The notes beneath the pieces are model-generated. The model had not been told where the DNA came from, did not search any database, and saw only the letters and a program-made list of their open reading frames with translations. A stretch of DNA of 64,000 bases from Camelus dromedarius (lineage: Eukaryota): NCBI RefSeq assembly GCF_036321535.1, contig NC_087436.1, forward strand, positions 52,764,001-52,828,000. The letters run 5' to 3'. The position numbers were made by a program, and so were the translations under genes. Position 1 is the first letter of the stretch, and each line of letters begins with the position of its first letter. Positions 50,913 to 62,044 of this stretch are shown in pieces.

Positions 50913-51728
50913 CTGCACTCCCATGTCCATTGCAGCATTATTCACGATAGCCAGAAATAGAAATAACCTAAGCATCCATCGACAGATAAATGGCTAAAAA
51001 ACATATGGTGTGTGTGTGTATATGTATATAAAAGCACAATGGAATACTACTCAGCCATGAGAAAGAAGGAAATCCTGTCATTTGCGATAACATGAATGGG
51101 CCTCGAGGGCATTATGCCAAATAAAATACGTCAGACAGAGAAGAAGAGATATTGCATGGTATCACTTATACATGGACTCTAAAACAAATAAATCAAACTC
51201 ATAAAACAGAAAGTAGAGAACTGGTTGTCAAGGGTTGGGCAGTGGGTAGAGGGGATCAGTTTGTACTGAGAGAAATACAGAGAAGTTGGTAAAAGAGTAC
51301 AAACTGAGCTATCAGATGAATAAGGCCTGAAGATCTAATGTAAAACATGCTGACTATTGTTGATAACACCGTATTGTGTACTTGAAATTTGCTAAGAGAA
51401 TAAAACTTAAATGGTCTCACACACACACAAAAAGATAAGTATGTGAGGTGATGGTTCTGTTAATGAACTAGATGGGAGAATCCTTTCACAATGTATATGT
51501 GTCTATCAAACTACCTCAATGTACACTTTAAATATCTTACGATTTTATGTATCAATTGAACCTCAATGAAGCTGATATAAAAATAAAATTAAATAAATAA
51601 ATAAGGCACATTTAAAAAAAAGAGAGATTGGAGGTGATGATTTTAAGAGAGTTTCTAGCTTCAAATTTTGATATCTAAATATGAAATAACTAACCTCCAA
51701 GTTTAGCAAGAGTAGGAAAAAAAAAAAA
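50913..51728 (+). mobile_element. 5'-truncated L1 (L1MA-like 3' end) with a probable 3' transduction
   Basis: L1 body 50913-~51604, non-L1 segment 51605-51716, second poly(A) 51717-51729. TSD agaaatt(c/t)ccaatctca at 50896-50912 and 51729-51745. Confidence 0.88.
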
Positions 51729-52154
51729 AGAAATTTCCAATCTCAGGGAGTGCTTTAGGAATTCTACAGGAAGAGGGTGGTTAGAGGACATGAGTTGTCC
51801 CCTTCACCCACCCCGGGCTCCGGTGCAAAAGCAGTATCACTGTGCTTTGTGATGCTGCCCCTTGGGTAGTACTGAGGGCAAAGCAGGGGAAGCATATGAC
51901 CTGTCACACTAGAGTATCCTAAGGCAGGCATCTAAAAAATAGAGTAAAACCAAAATTTCAGATTTCTCCAAAGGAAAGGAAAGCACCACCTCCTGAGAAG
52001 GAAAGGCTGTATATAGAAAAATCTCATAAGAGGCATTTATTCAGTAAATGTTTGATGCCAATGCAAAACCCTAAAGAAATATTTCTACTATTCTCCTGAA
52101 AGTCAAGATCTAAAACCTTAGACACTTTCCTTAAATAGTTCTCCATTTAGTGAG

Positions 52155-52640
52155 AGGGAAGCCATAGAGCCAAGTGATTAACAGCCAGGAACTAGGCAGT
52201 GTTTCCAATACAAACTTTCTGTGGTAATGGAAGATTATGAACTATGTTATATATCTGTACAGTCCAATATGGTAACCCCTAGCTACTGGGCAATGGAAAT
52301 GTGGCTAATGTGATTAAGGAACTGAATTTTAAATTTTAATTAATTTAAATTTAATAGCCACATGTGTTTAAAATTAATATGGCTGCCATATTAGACACCC
52401 CAACTCTAGGGTCATGTTGACTTATACTGGAATCTCAGTTATGCCTTTTATAATCCATGTAACCTGAGGGAATACAATAAATCTTTCTAAGCTTTCAGAG
52501 TCTTCGTGTAGAAAATACAGACATTAATAACACCCACTCTGTGGGGAGTTTTGTGGATTAATTGAGATATACGGCATATAACTGTTTGATAGAGTGCCTT
52601 GTACAAATTGCAAACTCAATGAATGTTATCAAATTATTAT
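52155..52640 (+). mobile_element. MIR SINE split by MER3
   Basis: MIR 5' part precedes the MER3; the core and 3' end follow it (ggattaattgagatat...ctcaatgaatgtta). Confidence 0.7.
52197..52403. mobile_element. MER3 hAT-Charlie MITE
   Basis: gtccaatatggtaacccctagc...gaaatgtggctaatgtgattaaggaactgaattttaaattttaattaatttaaatttaatagccacatgtg. Confidence 0.85.
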
Positions 52641-54109
52641 TGAACCTCAAGACAGCTGTTAATGATATGAGATAGAAGTTTTTCCAACTGAAATAAAAGA
52701 AAAATAGTTGTCTTAATGATGGAAGAGTTGTTTTCTGTCCCATTGCCATATTTTATGTTCTTCATAGCACTACCACTCTCTAGAAATCATATTATTGATT
52801 TATTCATTTAGATGGCTTTTATCTATTTACCCTGCAAGAACATAAAGTCCATGGAAGTGGTTTGTTTGTCGTTGTTTTTAATAAGCCCAGTATCTTGACA
52901 AGCACTTAGCCCATGATCAGTACTTCACAAGCTGTTATTGAGTAGATGAATGACTTAACCTAATTTTGTACTACTTTGGGAACCTGCTTATCAAAAGAGA
53001 AAAGTAAAGAAAAAACACTTTGTTTCCCTTATGGACAGTTTATAGTGAAAGATTATTAATGGGTAAGTGTATGATGATTTTATAAAATAATATGGGTCAA
53101 TTAAGCCAAAAGCAAATGCTATTTCTTTTAAGATTTGGAACTTCAACTCTTCAGATTGTTTTATTACATAGTTACTCAAGAATTAATGAGTGCTTTAAGT
53201 TGCTATATATAAAATTTGCAAATAAAAATGATATTCCAAGAAAATTAACTGCCTTTTATTTTTGCTAAACTTGTTTTTAAACAATCCAATCAAAATATGA
53301 AAATGTTTTCCAGAAAATAAAGTTCAATTAACATAAATGAAATGGAGATAACTACACTTTTATTCAACGATGTGCTTCAAATGCATTTTGCATGCTTTAG
53401 TACTCAGCAAAAGTACAGCATAATAAAGTTTTTAAAAACATTTAAATCACTCTCTAATTTGCAGTACCACCAAAGTCAAAATATATTAAGTTAATAAAGT
53501 TACAATTTACATAATGTCACTGCCACCAAAGTATACTTCATATAAAAGGAACTAGATGATAATTTACTGGGAAGGAAGCTCCACTAATTGCCAGAGGAGT
53601 GTTCTGAACAGTGATTGACATCTGCAGCGCTCAGAAATACAGTCAGGATTTACAGTCTCGAAGGTTCTATAATCTAATGCTTCAAACCCAGGTGGGATGA
53701 CAATGAGAAAATACACTCTATTGCAGTTAGGAAAACTGGGATTTTTGTTTGCCTACTTTGCTCCCCTTTAAGTTGTTGGATGTAACCATCAAGCCCAAGG
53801 ATGGAGAAGTGAATAGGCTTACATCAGATATTTACATCCAAAATAATCATTCTTGGCATAGCTAAAAATTACATAATTTCTACTATCTGTTCAACACTGT
53901 TATAAGACTTTATATAAAAACCAATCCATCTCTCCACTAGTCAGATAATACAAAACCAGTATTTCTAAACTAATTACTTTTCCCACAAACCTACAAATCA
54001 TTTGAGCCATTTTCTTAACTATTATTTATTGTTATAAATGTCCCCTCTTCAAGAAAATCTGAAAAATCAAAATATGGAGATGCAAAACAAATTATTTTAA
54101 TATTGGGTA

Positions 54110-55162
54110 TGTTGAAAAGGCACACATGAAGCATGACATATTTAAAATGCAACTTTACTTTCGGTTCCCTGTCCTTTCTTTAAAATATATTCAGTTCGGC
54201 AATCTCCACCCCAGGAGAAAAACTATAGCAGCTTCAGGGCCTTTTATCAGTTCACTCTTCAGTAACATACAATGACTATAAATCACACAAAAAAGTCTCA
54301 AGACAAATGTTAAAGGTCTAGTCTCATATAATAATTAAAACTCCAAAAGTGACTTCTTGTTATTCCTTCCCTCCGCAGCTCCGGCTCAGGCTGGAAGTCT
54401 GCCATGAGCTGGGTGCATGTGGTTGCTTCTTTTCGATCTGTCCGTGTTGCTTCCCCCAGCCAATAACTATGCAGCTCCTGGCCCTCCGGTCTGGTTCAGG
54501 GGAGGGAGGAAGGAAAGGGGAAAGAAGGCACTAACTTATCAGAAGCCAGCCTCGTACTCCCTGGTCCAGGTGGGCGATTGAAGTGACCCCTCTCTCTGGT
54601 GGCGGGGCTTTAGTGGGTTCCTCAGTGCTTTCCTATCGGGTCCCTCCCTCCTGCCATCCCCTTGACACAGAAGGATGCCTTTCTCTTCCAGGTGGTCACC
54701 TACACATCTTTTCTCAGGTGCACCTCCAGGCTCCTTCTGCTGAGGACTCGTCCCCACGCTGGGAGGCCTATTGGACAGCTGTAGAACTCACACTGGATTG
54801 CTCCCGTGCAGCCCACATCTGGGGAGACACTCATGCACCCCGCCCCAACAGTATCTCGGAGGCAGGCCGATCCCAAAGCAGCAGCAACCATCACAGTGAG
54901 TCATCAGCCCTGATCTCTCCCTCGACACTTTCTTGGTAAGAATCAAATCCCAGAGCACAGATCCTTCTAGATTCTCAAACAAGGGACACGCACATCCACC
55001 ATGTCTCTAACTTAAGGCCACAGAGATGTGAGTATGTAGGAATTCTGATCCTCCCTCCACCCCAGTTTATTGTTTCCCAGGAAAACTTAATTCCTTTTAT
55101 TTATAGAATGCATGTCTTTTGTGTTAAGAAACCAAAGAGAAACAAATAGTACACTCCTAATT
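54110..55162 (-). mobile_element. LTR78-like ERV1 LTR
   Basis: Minus strand reads ...gaggaacccactaaagcccc...gcagacttccagcctgag...tttggagttttaattat...agtaaagttgc...ttcaaca, matching the LTR78 layout as recalled; ends in CA. Confidence 0.65.
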
Positions 55163-55795
55163 AAAAAAAAAAAAAAAGCAGCAGCTTCTCGGACAGGGGA
55201 CGGGCACCATCCGCTACGTCTCACAACTTAAGCAAACACATCCCAAAGCCTTCCAGGAGCCACCCTGTTTTTCTAAGCTTGGGTTAGGATGGGAAATCCC
55301 TGCCATCGTCTTTCAAAGGCAGGTGATGCAGTCTCAGATCATGAAAATACTTCTCTCTAAATAAATTTCTTTGGCAATCTCCTCTCTCTTCTCCTACTCT
55401 CAATACTTTTTATATCCTTGATCTGCTAAGTCAGGGAACTGGTTCTCAGAGATTTCTCTTACTCAACTCTTCATTTACAGATTTGCTTCGCACTCAGTTT
55501 TTCTATCAATACTTATTATATTTGTGCCTCAACTGAAGCCAAGGCATGAAGAGTCCCATTCTAGTAGGACTCGTGCAGTCATCTGTAACAGAGAGACCTA
55601 AAATATGATAGATTAAGTAAGACTGAAGCTTGGCTTTTCTGAACTGCAGAGGCTACTTTGCTTGATTAACTAATTAAGGACTCAGGTTCCTGCCACCTTG
55701 ATGCTCGAGATGCTCTAGGGCAGTCGTTCTCAAACCTGTTGTCCCACATCCTCTTTATATACTTAAAAATTATACTTAAAAATTGTGGAGAACTC

Positions 55796-56786
55796 ATAAA
55801 AATTCAAAACACTGACAGCAGCAATGCTGGCTAGGATGTGAAGCAACAGGAACTCTCGTTTATTCCAGGTGGGAATGCAAAAATGGTGCAGCCACTTTGG
55901 AAGATAGATTGGAAGTTTCCTAAAAAAAACTAAACACACTCTTACTATACAATTCAGCTCCTTGGTATTTACTTAAATAAGTTGAAAACTTATGTCTACA
56001 CAAAAACCTGCACACACGTATTTATAGCAGCTTTAAATTTATAGCAGCTTTAATCAAAAGCCAACCTGGAAGGAACCAAGATGTCCTTTGGTATGTGAAT
56101 GGATAAAGAAATTGTGGTCCATCCAGACAATGGAATATTATTCAGCACTAAAAGCAAAGGAGCTCTCAGGCCATGAAAAGACTTGAAGGAAAGTTAAATA
56201 CATTTCTAACTGACAAATGCCAATCTAAAAAGGCTACATACTGTACTGTTCCAACTATATGACATTCTGTGGGGGAGGGTGTAGCTCAATGGTAGAGTGT
56301 GTGCTTAGCAAGCACGAGGTCCTGGGTTCAATCCCCAGTACTTCCATCAAAAGTAAATAAATAAATGAACCTAATTACCAACTATATGACATTCTGGAAA
56401 AGGCAAAACTATTAAGACAGTAAAGAGATCAGTGGTTTCTAGGGGTTAGTGGGGAGAGAGGGGTAAATAGACAAAGCAGAGGCAGCTTAAGACAGTGAAG
56501 CTATTCTACGTGATACTGCAATGGCGGGTATGTGTCATTATACATTTATCAAAGCCTGTAGAATGTACACCACCAAGAATAAGCCTTAATGAAAAAAGTC
56601 TTTGGATGATTACAATGTGTCAGTGTAGGTTCATGGATTAAAACAAATGAACCACCCTGTTCAAGACGTTGACAGTGGAGGAGGCCATGCATGTGTGAAG
56701 GCAGCGAGCACATGGGAACTCACTGGATTCACAGCCCAGTTTGCTGTGAATCTAAAACTGCTCTGAAAAATAAAGTGTAAAAAAGA
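55796..56786 (+). mobile_element. L1MC1-like 3' end nested in Charlie1a
   Basis: aaggctacatactgtactgttccaactatatgacattctggaaaaggcaaaact...gctgtgaatctaaaactgctctgaaaaataaag; degenerate TSD aaaatt.t.gag.actc. Confidence 0.85.
56270..56379 (+). mobile_element. tRNA-derived camelid SINE (vic-1-like), tailless
   Basis: A box tagctcaatgg and B box gttcaatcc; ends at acctaattac. Perfect 19-bp TSD ccaactatatgacattctg at 56251-56269 and 56378-56396. Confidence 0.92.
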
Positions 56787-57316
56787 AAATTCTTGAGGAC
56801 TCCAGAGAGCTTTGCATTTTATGGGCTATGTAATTCTCAATATTCATTACATTAAAAATTAAAACAGGAATTTGTATAATATTATTCATTCACTTAAAGA
56901 CAACAATAATCAGCCCATTTATACGTAAACATAAGTCATATATTGCCAGGGGAAAACTCTATTTACTAAGACAAAAATTTAATCAGAAAAGTGGAATTGT
57001 TCGGTTTTTGAAAATCTCTTTAATATCTGGGTTAACAGAAGTCCACTGGATTCTCGTATCTCCTTCTGTATGCAATCTGTTGCACTATGTTATCTTCATT
57101 AAAATAGACAAATAAAATCCAGTCTCACACAGAACTGTATTTGAAAAAGGGAGGGTTATTTTAGTAGCCTTTTTAGATATTTGGGCCTATTCTTGTTTGA
57201 TATTATCCTAAAACTTGACAAGCGATAGTTTCTTAAAGATTATGTGAAGGATAGAACCTGAAACCTGATATTAAAGAACTTTTCATATTCTGTTACATTA
57301 AAATCCATTGGTCTGT

Positions 57317-57554
57317 TTTAGACTGGGCGTTCAAAATTCGTAGATACTGACAGGTATATGTAGAATAGATAAACAAGATTATACTGTATAGCACAGGGAA
57401 ATATATACAAGATCTTGCGGTGGCTCACAGTGAAAAACTGTGACAATAAATATATGTATGTTCATGTATAACTGAAAAATTGTGCTCTACACTGGAATTT
57501 GACACAACATTGTAAAATGACTATAACTCAATTAAAAAATGTTTAAATAAAAAA
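57317..57554 (+). mobile_element. Young, very short L1 3' end nested in Charlie1a
   Basis: L1 3' UTR plus A tail; perfect 17-bp TSD aaaatccattggtctgt (57300-57316, 57555-57571) at a canonical TT/AAAA site. Confidence 0.92.
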
Positions 57555-57861
57555 AAAATCCATTGGTCTGTCTTGCGACTTGAATGAGTCTTTTGACTAC
57601 GCAAGATTTTGTAACAGCATACACTAGGAATGGAAAATACTGGTTCACTGAATTAAAGCAGGTTTTCCAAACATTGACACAATTCATTATGCAATATTTT
57701 AAAAACATATTAATGAATACACTGCCAACACCATCAGAAAAAGTCTTTAAGTGTTGGAAAGCTGTGGAGTTCATGGTAGTAGAATACAAGTTTTCCAAAA
57801 TTCTTATTTTGCTTGAACACTCAAATGTATCATTGGCTAATTATGTTCATTTTTTTACAGT

Positions 57862-58380
57862 TGTATTGTAAATATTTTTGATTTGCTGTATGTTTAGATG
57901 TTGCAACATCTTAAAAAAGTTTTCTGGCTGGAGAGAGACTGCCCCTTCTGGGGCTGGACATTTCTCAGGGACAGCAAAGTCCCCAGCCAGCAGCAGGCCT
58001 CCGTCTGGAGCCACGCCTCCTCTGTCTGACCTGTGTATGCCAGGAGGAAATATTCCTCTGCCTTAAAAATCCCAGGCGAGGTGCCACGCAATGAGGGACC
58101 ATCCCCACAGCCCCAGACTCCTCGAAGTCATTCAAACTAGCCGATCTTTCCCCTGCCCTGCCTGCCTTTTTCCATGGACACCTTGATGAAAGCCATGATC
58201 TAAGCCCTTCCCTGGCTCCTGTATTCTGCCTCCTGACCATCCTGCTGGCTTTCCCATGTGGCTCTGCCTGGTGTGCCCCATGTTTCGAGGGCCTATGAGT
58301 ATAATTAGTTTGTTTTTCCCTGAGCCTCTCCACTGTCTTCTCTGTGACCGCATCTGACCTATCAGAAAAGAATACAAACA
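57862..58380 (+). mobile_element. MER74/MER73-family ERVL solo LTR nested in Charlie1a
   Basis: tgtattgtaaatattttt...gagactgcccctt...cattcaaactagccgatc...ctgcctcctgacc...aaaca with TG/CA termini. Confidence 0.75.
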
Positions 58381-58450
58381 AATGTCTGCCAAAATTCCCT
58401 AGTCTAAATTACCATAGTTTTTCTGTCTACCCATTCAAGTAGAAATGCTG

Positions 58451-58452
<2 letters not shown>

Positions 58453-58492
<40 letters not shown>

Positions 58493-58493
58493 A
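58453..58493 (+). repeat. (AC)n microsatellite
   Basis: Read directly; ~20 units with one interruption. Confidence 0.95.
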
Positions 58494-59099
58494 TAAGAGA
58501 AAGGGGGAAAAAGGGAAAAGAAAAAGGAAAGGAAAAAAAGAGCAAGCTCAGCCATTCAGTTGCACAGGAGTTCTGAGACCACCGAGCTTAGGTGTTCAGC
58601 AGAAAGGTGTTATGTGTACTTGCCATGTTGTTGCAGAGATTATTAAAGTGATTGTACCCAAGGATTAAGATTTAACAAAATTAATCATTTTTACTGCTTC
58701 CTCAAGGACAAACTTAAGTGACACTGGCACTTCACAGCCAGAGGGTGCTGAGAAGCTGAATGATTGCTGGTACAGTACAGCAAACTGCCTGTCTGTGACA
58801 GCAGCTTTATCCACCATTGGCTTTGCATCATCAGTGTCAATGCCAACATGGGGAAAAAGACAAATAACAACTTAACGTTATTAGTAAAATAGTTTTGACC
58901 TCTCAGACCCTCAAGCGTGTCTTGGAGACTTGCAGGAGTCTGCTGGCCACACCCTGAGACCAGCTGTCCTGGAGTCCTGCCCACATCTGCCTGGTCCATG
59001 TGAGGTGATCTCCATATCAGCCTCTTGAAAGGGGAAAGCTAGTGACATGTGTACGTGTCGCTTCTGCTCATATTCTGTGGGTGAAAACTTGGTCACCTG

Positions 59100-59614
59100 G
59101 TATTCATTAGTTATTTCTGAGAAACTGTTCACCCCCAAAATTCAGTGTCTGAAAGCAACAACCATTTCATCCAGCTCATTATTCCATGGGTTGACAATTC
59201 AAACTAGACTCAGTTGGGTAGCTCTTCTGGCCTCTGCCGGACTCTCTCATGCATCGTTGGTCAACTGCAGGTCAACTAGGCAGTTTTGCTACTGAGGTCG
59301 GCTGACTGCCAAATGAAGAGGTGAGGTGACTAACCATGTGTCTCTCACCATCCAGCAGGCTAGCCTGCGCTTGTTCTCAGTAAGCAGCAAAAATCTAAGA
59401 AAGAATGATGATCTACTGAGATCTAGTCTGTGAACTGACACAGGATCATATCCACTGCATTCTATTAGGCAAAGCAAGCATAAGGCCAGCCCATATTCCA
59501 AGGGTGGAGAAATAAACTTTACCTATTGAAAGGAGAAGTGGCAAAGTTACATTGCAAAGAGGATGGATAGAGCATAGGGAACAGCAGCAGCCAGTGTGCA
59601 GGAACTCTACCACA
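59100..59614 (-). mobile_element. MLT1H-like MaLR LTR
   Basis: cccccaaaattcagtgtctgaaagcaacaacc...catccagcaggctagcctg...attctattaggcaaagcaagcataaggccagccca...ctaccaca. Confidence 0.85.
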
Positions 59615-60974
59615 CACAGCCCACACCAGCCGCAGAGAAGGGGAAGTGTCTTGTGAGTAGGAAGAAAGACTTAGTAAGAACAAATTAGCAGCTTGTAAAG
59701 ATTTCAGTTTCCCCCAATTCTAGTCAAAATCCCTAGAGTTTTGGGGGGAACTTGATAATTTGAGTCTAAAATGTACACAAAAATGTAAGTAGTTTTTCTA
59801 TATAAGAAGAGCTAAAACAATGCTAAAAAAAAAACCCCACTAAGATGGGGACACTTGCCTTGCAGATGTCAAGACCAACAGAACAGACTAGAAGCCAGAA
59901 ACAAACCCACACATGCACTGAAACTCAATTATAAGTGAGTATGTATTATGTATCTGTAGAAAATTGAGGACTAAAGACTTCAATGTGAAAGGCAAAACCA
60001 AAACAATTCCAAAAGGCAATGAAGAGTATCTTTACGATCTGGAAGAAAAGAAGGATCCCTTACGTAAGACCCAAAGCTACCATAGGTGGGAGGAGAAGGC
60101 CACACTTGACTATAGTCAAATGTGAGCCTTCTGTTCATCAAAAGACACTACAAAGAGCACAAGGCAAGCCAGTATGGAAATGGGAGAAGGATCATAATAT
60201 AAATGAATGGAATAGAACAGCAAGGCAGAAGTGGCTCAAACTGGTTATGAGCCACAAACTGGGAAAGAATTTTTGCAACGCAAGTAACCAATAAAAGATA
60301 GTTATCTAGAATTTATGAACAACTACTACAAAGAAAAAAATGACAAAAGACACAAATGGGTATTTAAGAGAAGAGGAAATACTTATGATGAATAAATATA
60401 TAAAAAGATGTCCAGACTCACTCGTCATTAGGGGAAGAAATTGGAATCAGAATCAGATGGCATTTTACGCCTCCCTGATTTCTCAAATATCAAAGTATCT
60501 GACAAGCCAGATGTCTTCATGATGAAGGCATTCGGCATCAGAGACACTCATACACTACCAGTGGAAGCACAACCCTTTTGGAAAACAATTTGACAAAACG
60601 TAATAAAGCTGCCCGTGTCACACTCTCTAGCTCAGCAATTCCCTTCCTAGGTATATGCGCTGGAGAAAGTCACTAGGAAACGCATACAATATTCACAGAA
60701 CCATCTTATAAGAGCAAAGTCTAGAGGAGAAAATAAACAGCTAATAATATTTAGGTGGATAAATAAGTTATATTTTCATATTTTGAAATTCTATATATAG
60801 TAGTTAAAAGTGAGAGACTCAACAGAAAGGAATTTCATAAATGATGTTAACAACAATAACAAAACAAAGACAAAGGAAGTCATAGAAAAAAAATACGGCG
60901 TGATTCCTATTACGATAAGGTATAGCCCAAACTAAACAGTGTATTGTCTTAGGAGTCACTCCTAGGGGGCAGAG

Positions 60975-61161
60975 CTGTTTTCTTCTGTTGCCAATTTGAC
61001 TAAGCTAGAAACTACAAATCACAGAGTTCCCTTCCTTGTATGGCTTAAGGTTAGACTTGGCTAAAAGAGGCACTTGAGCAAAATGTTGGAGGTAGAAGTA
61101 AAGCAGCAACCCATTTTCTTTCTTTTCTTTCTTTTCTTCCTTTTCTTTCTTTCCTTTCTTC

Positions 61162-61209
<48 letters not shown>

Positions 61210-62044
61210 GTTTCTTAATGTTTCTTATAAAGTTTATTTCCAGCCACTTTGAGTTATTTTGTATACAATTTTTAAAGTTATACTCCATTTACAGTTATTA
61301 CAAAATATTGGCTATATTCTCTGTGTATACAATACATGCTTGTAGCCAATCTTGTACCCAATAGTTGGTATCTCCCACTCCCTGTTCCCTATATTGCCCC
61401 TCTCCCCCGCTGGGAACCACTATCTGTGAGTCCACTTCTTTTTTGTTATATTCACTCATTTGCTGTATTGTTTAGATTCCACATATAAGTGCTATCATAC
61501 AGTATTTTGTCTTTCTCTGACTTATTTCTCTTAGCATGTCTCCCAAGTCCATCCATGCTGCAGCAAATGGCAAAACTTTCTTTCTTTTTTATGGCTGAGT
61601 AGTATTCTATTGTATATAGACATGTGTAGGCAGTCAGATGTGGTGATGGACAGAGCAGAGGGACGAAGGAGTCCCAACTTACACTTGCTCTCCTCTCTTC
61701 AGCCCCCAGCCCTTCTTTCTCACTGCTCATGTGGGAACCATGGCAGACAGTGGGTTGTGGCCCCACAGAAGGGCAGCTATGCAGAGGCAGTCACTTCCCT
61801 AATGGCCTCCAGCCCTCTTTCTGTGGCCCCACGCTATGGCTGGTGGACATCTTGGATCCTTAGATTTTCTGGCGGTCTAGCTTGCCCAGGCCCACAGTGC
61901 CTCAGGAGGCTGCTTAGTGGTTTTTCCTCCATTTCTCCCAAGGCCCCTTGAAGATTGGCACTGAAAAGTTGAAATTCCTATAAGAGACCTTTACGCCGCA
62001 TCACTCACAGTGGATCTGCCTCTTGACGAAACCCTGACTGACAT
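60975..62044 (+). mobile_element. LTR52/LTR41-like ERVL LTR, interrupted by L1
   Basis: ggttagacttggctaaaagaggcacttg...gtcagatgtggtgatggacagagcagagg...aaccctgactgacata. Confidence 0.7.
61114..61622 (-). mobile_element. Artiodactyl-type L1 3' end with a (GAAA)n tail
   Basis: Antisense 3' UTR of the same type as 15263-15452; (TTTC)n at 61114-61209. Confidence 0.88.

Larger units (their letters stand above)
55721..58966 (-). mobile_element. Charlie1a-like hAT DNA transposon carrying nested insertions
   Basis: TIRs cagtcgttctcaaa and ctgagaccagctg. Minus strand near 58850 encodes HVGIDTDDAKPMV, similar to the hAT transposase motif CVDICTDGAKAMV. Confidence 0.88.

Noticed and set aside
54349..54982. 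Exon-like GC-rich region with an acceptor-like ttccctccgcag and several ORFs
   Set aside because: Explained by the antisense LTR78-like element; no coherent reading frame.
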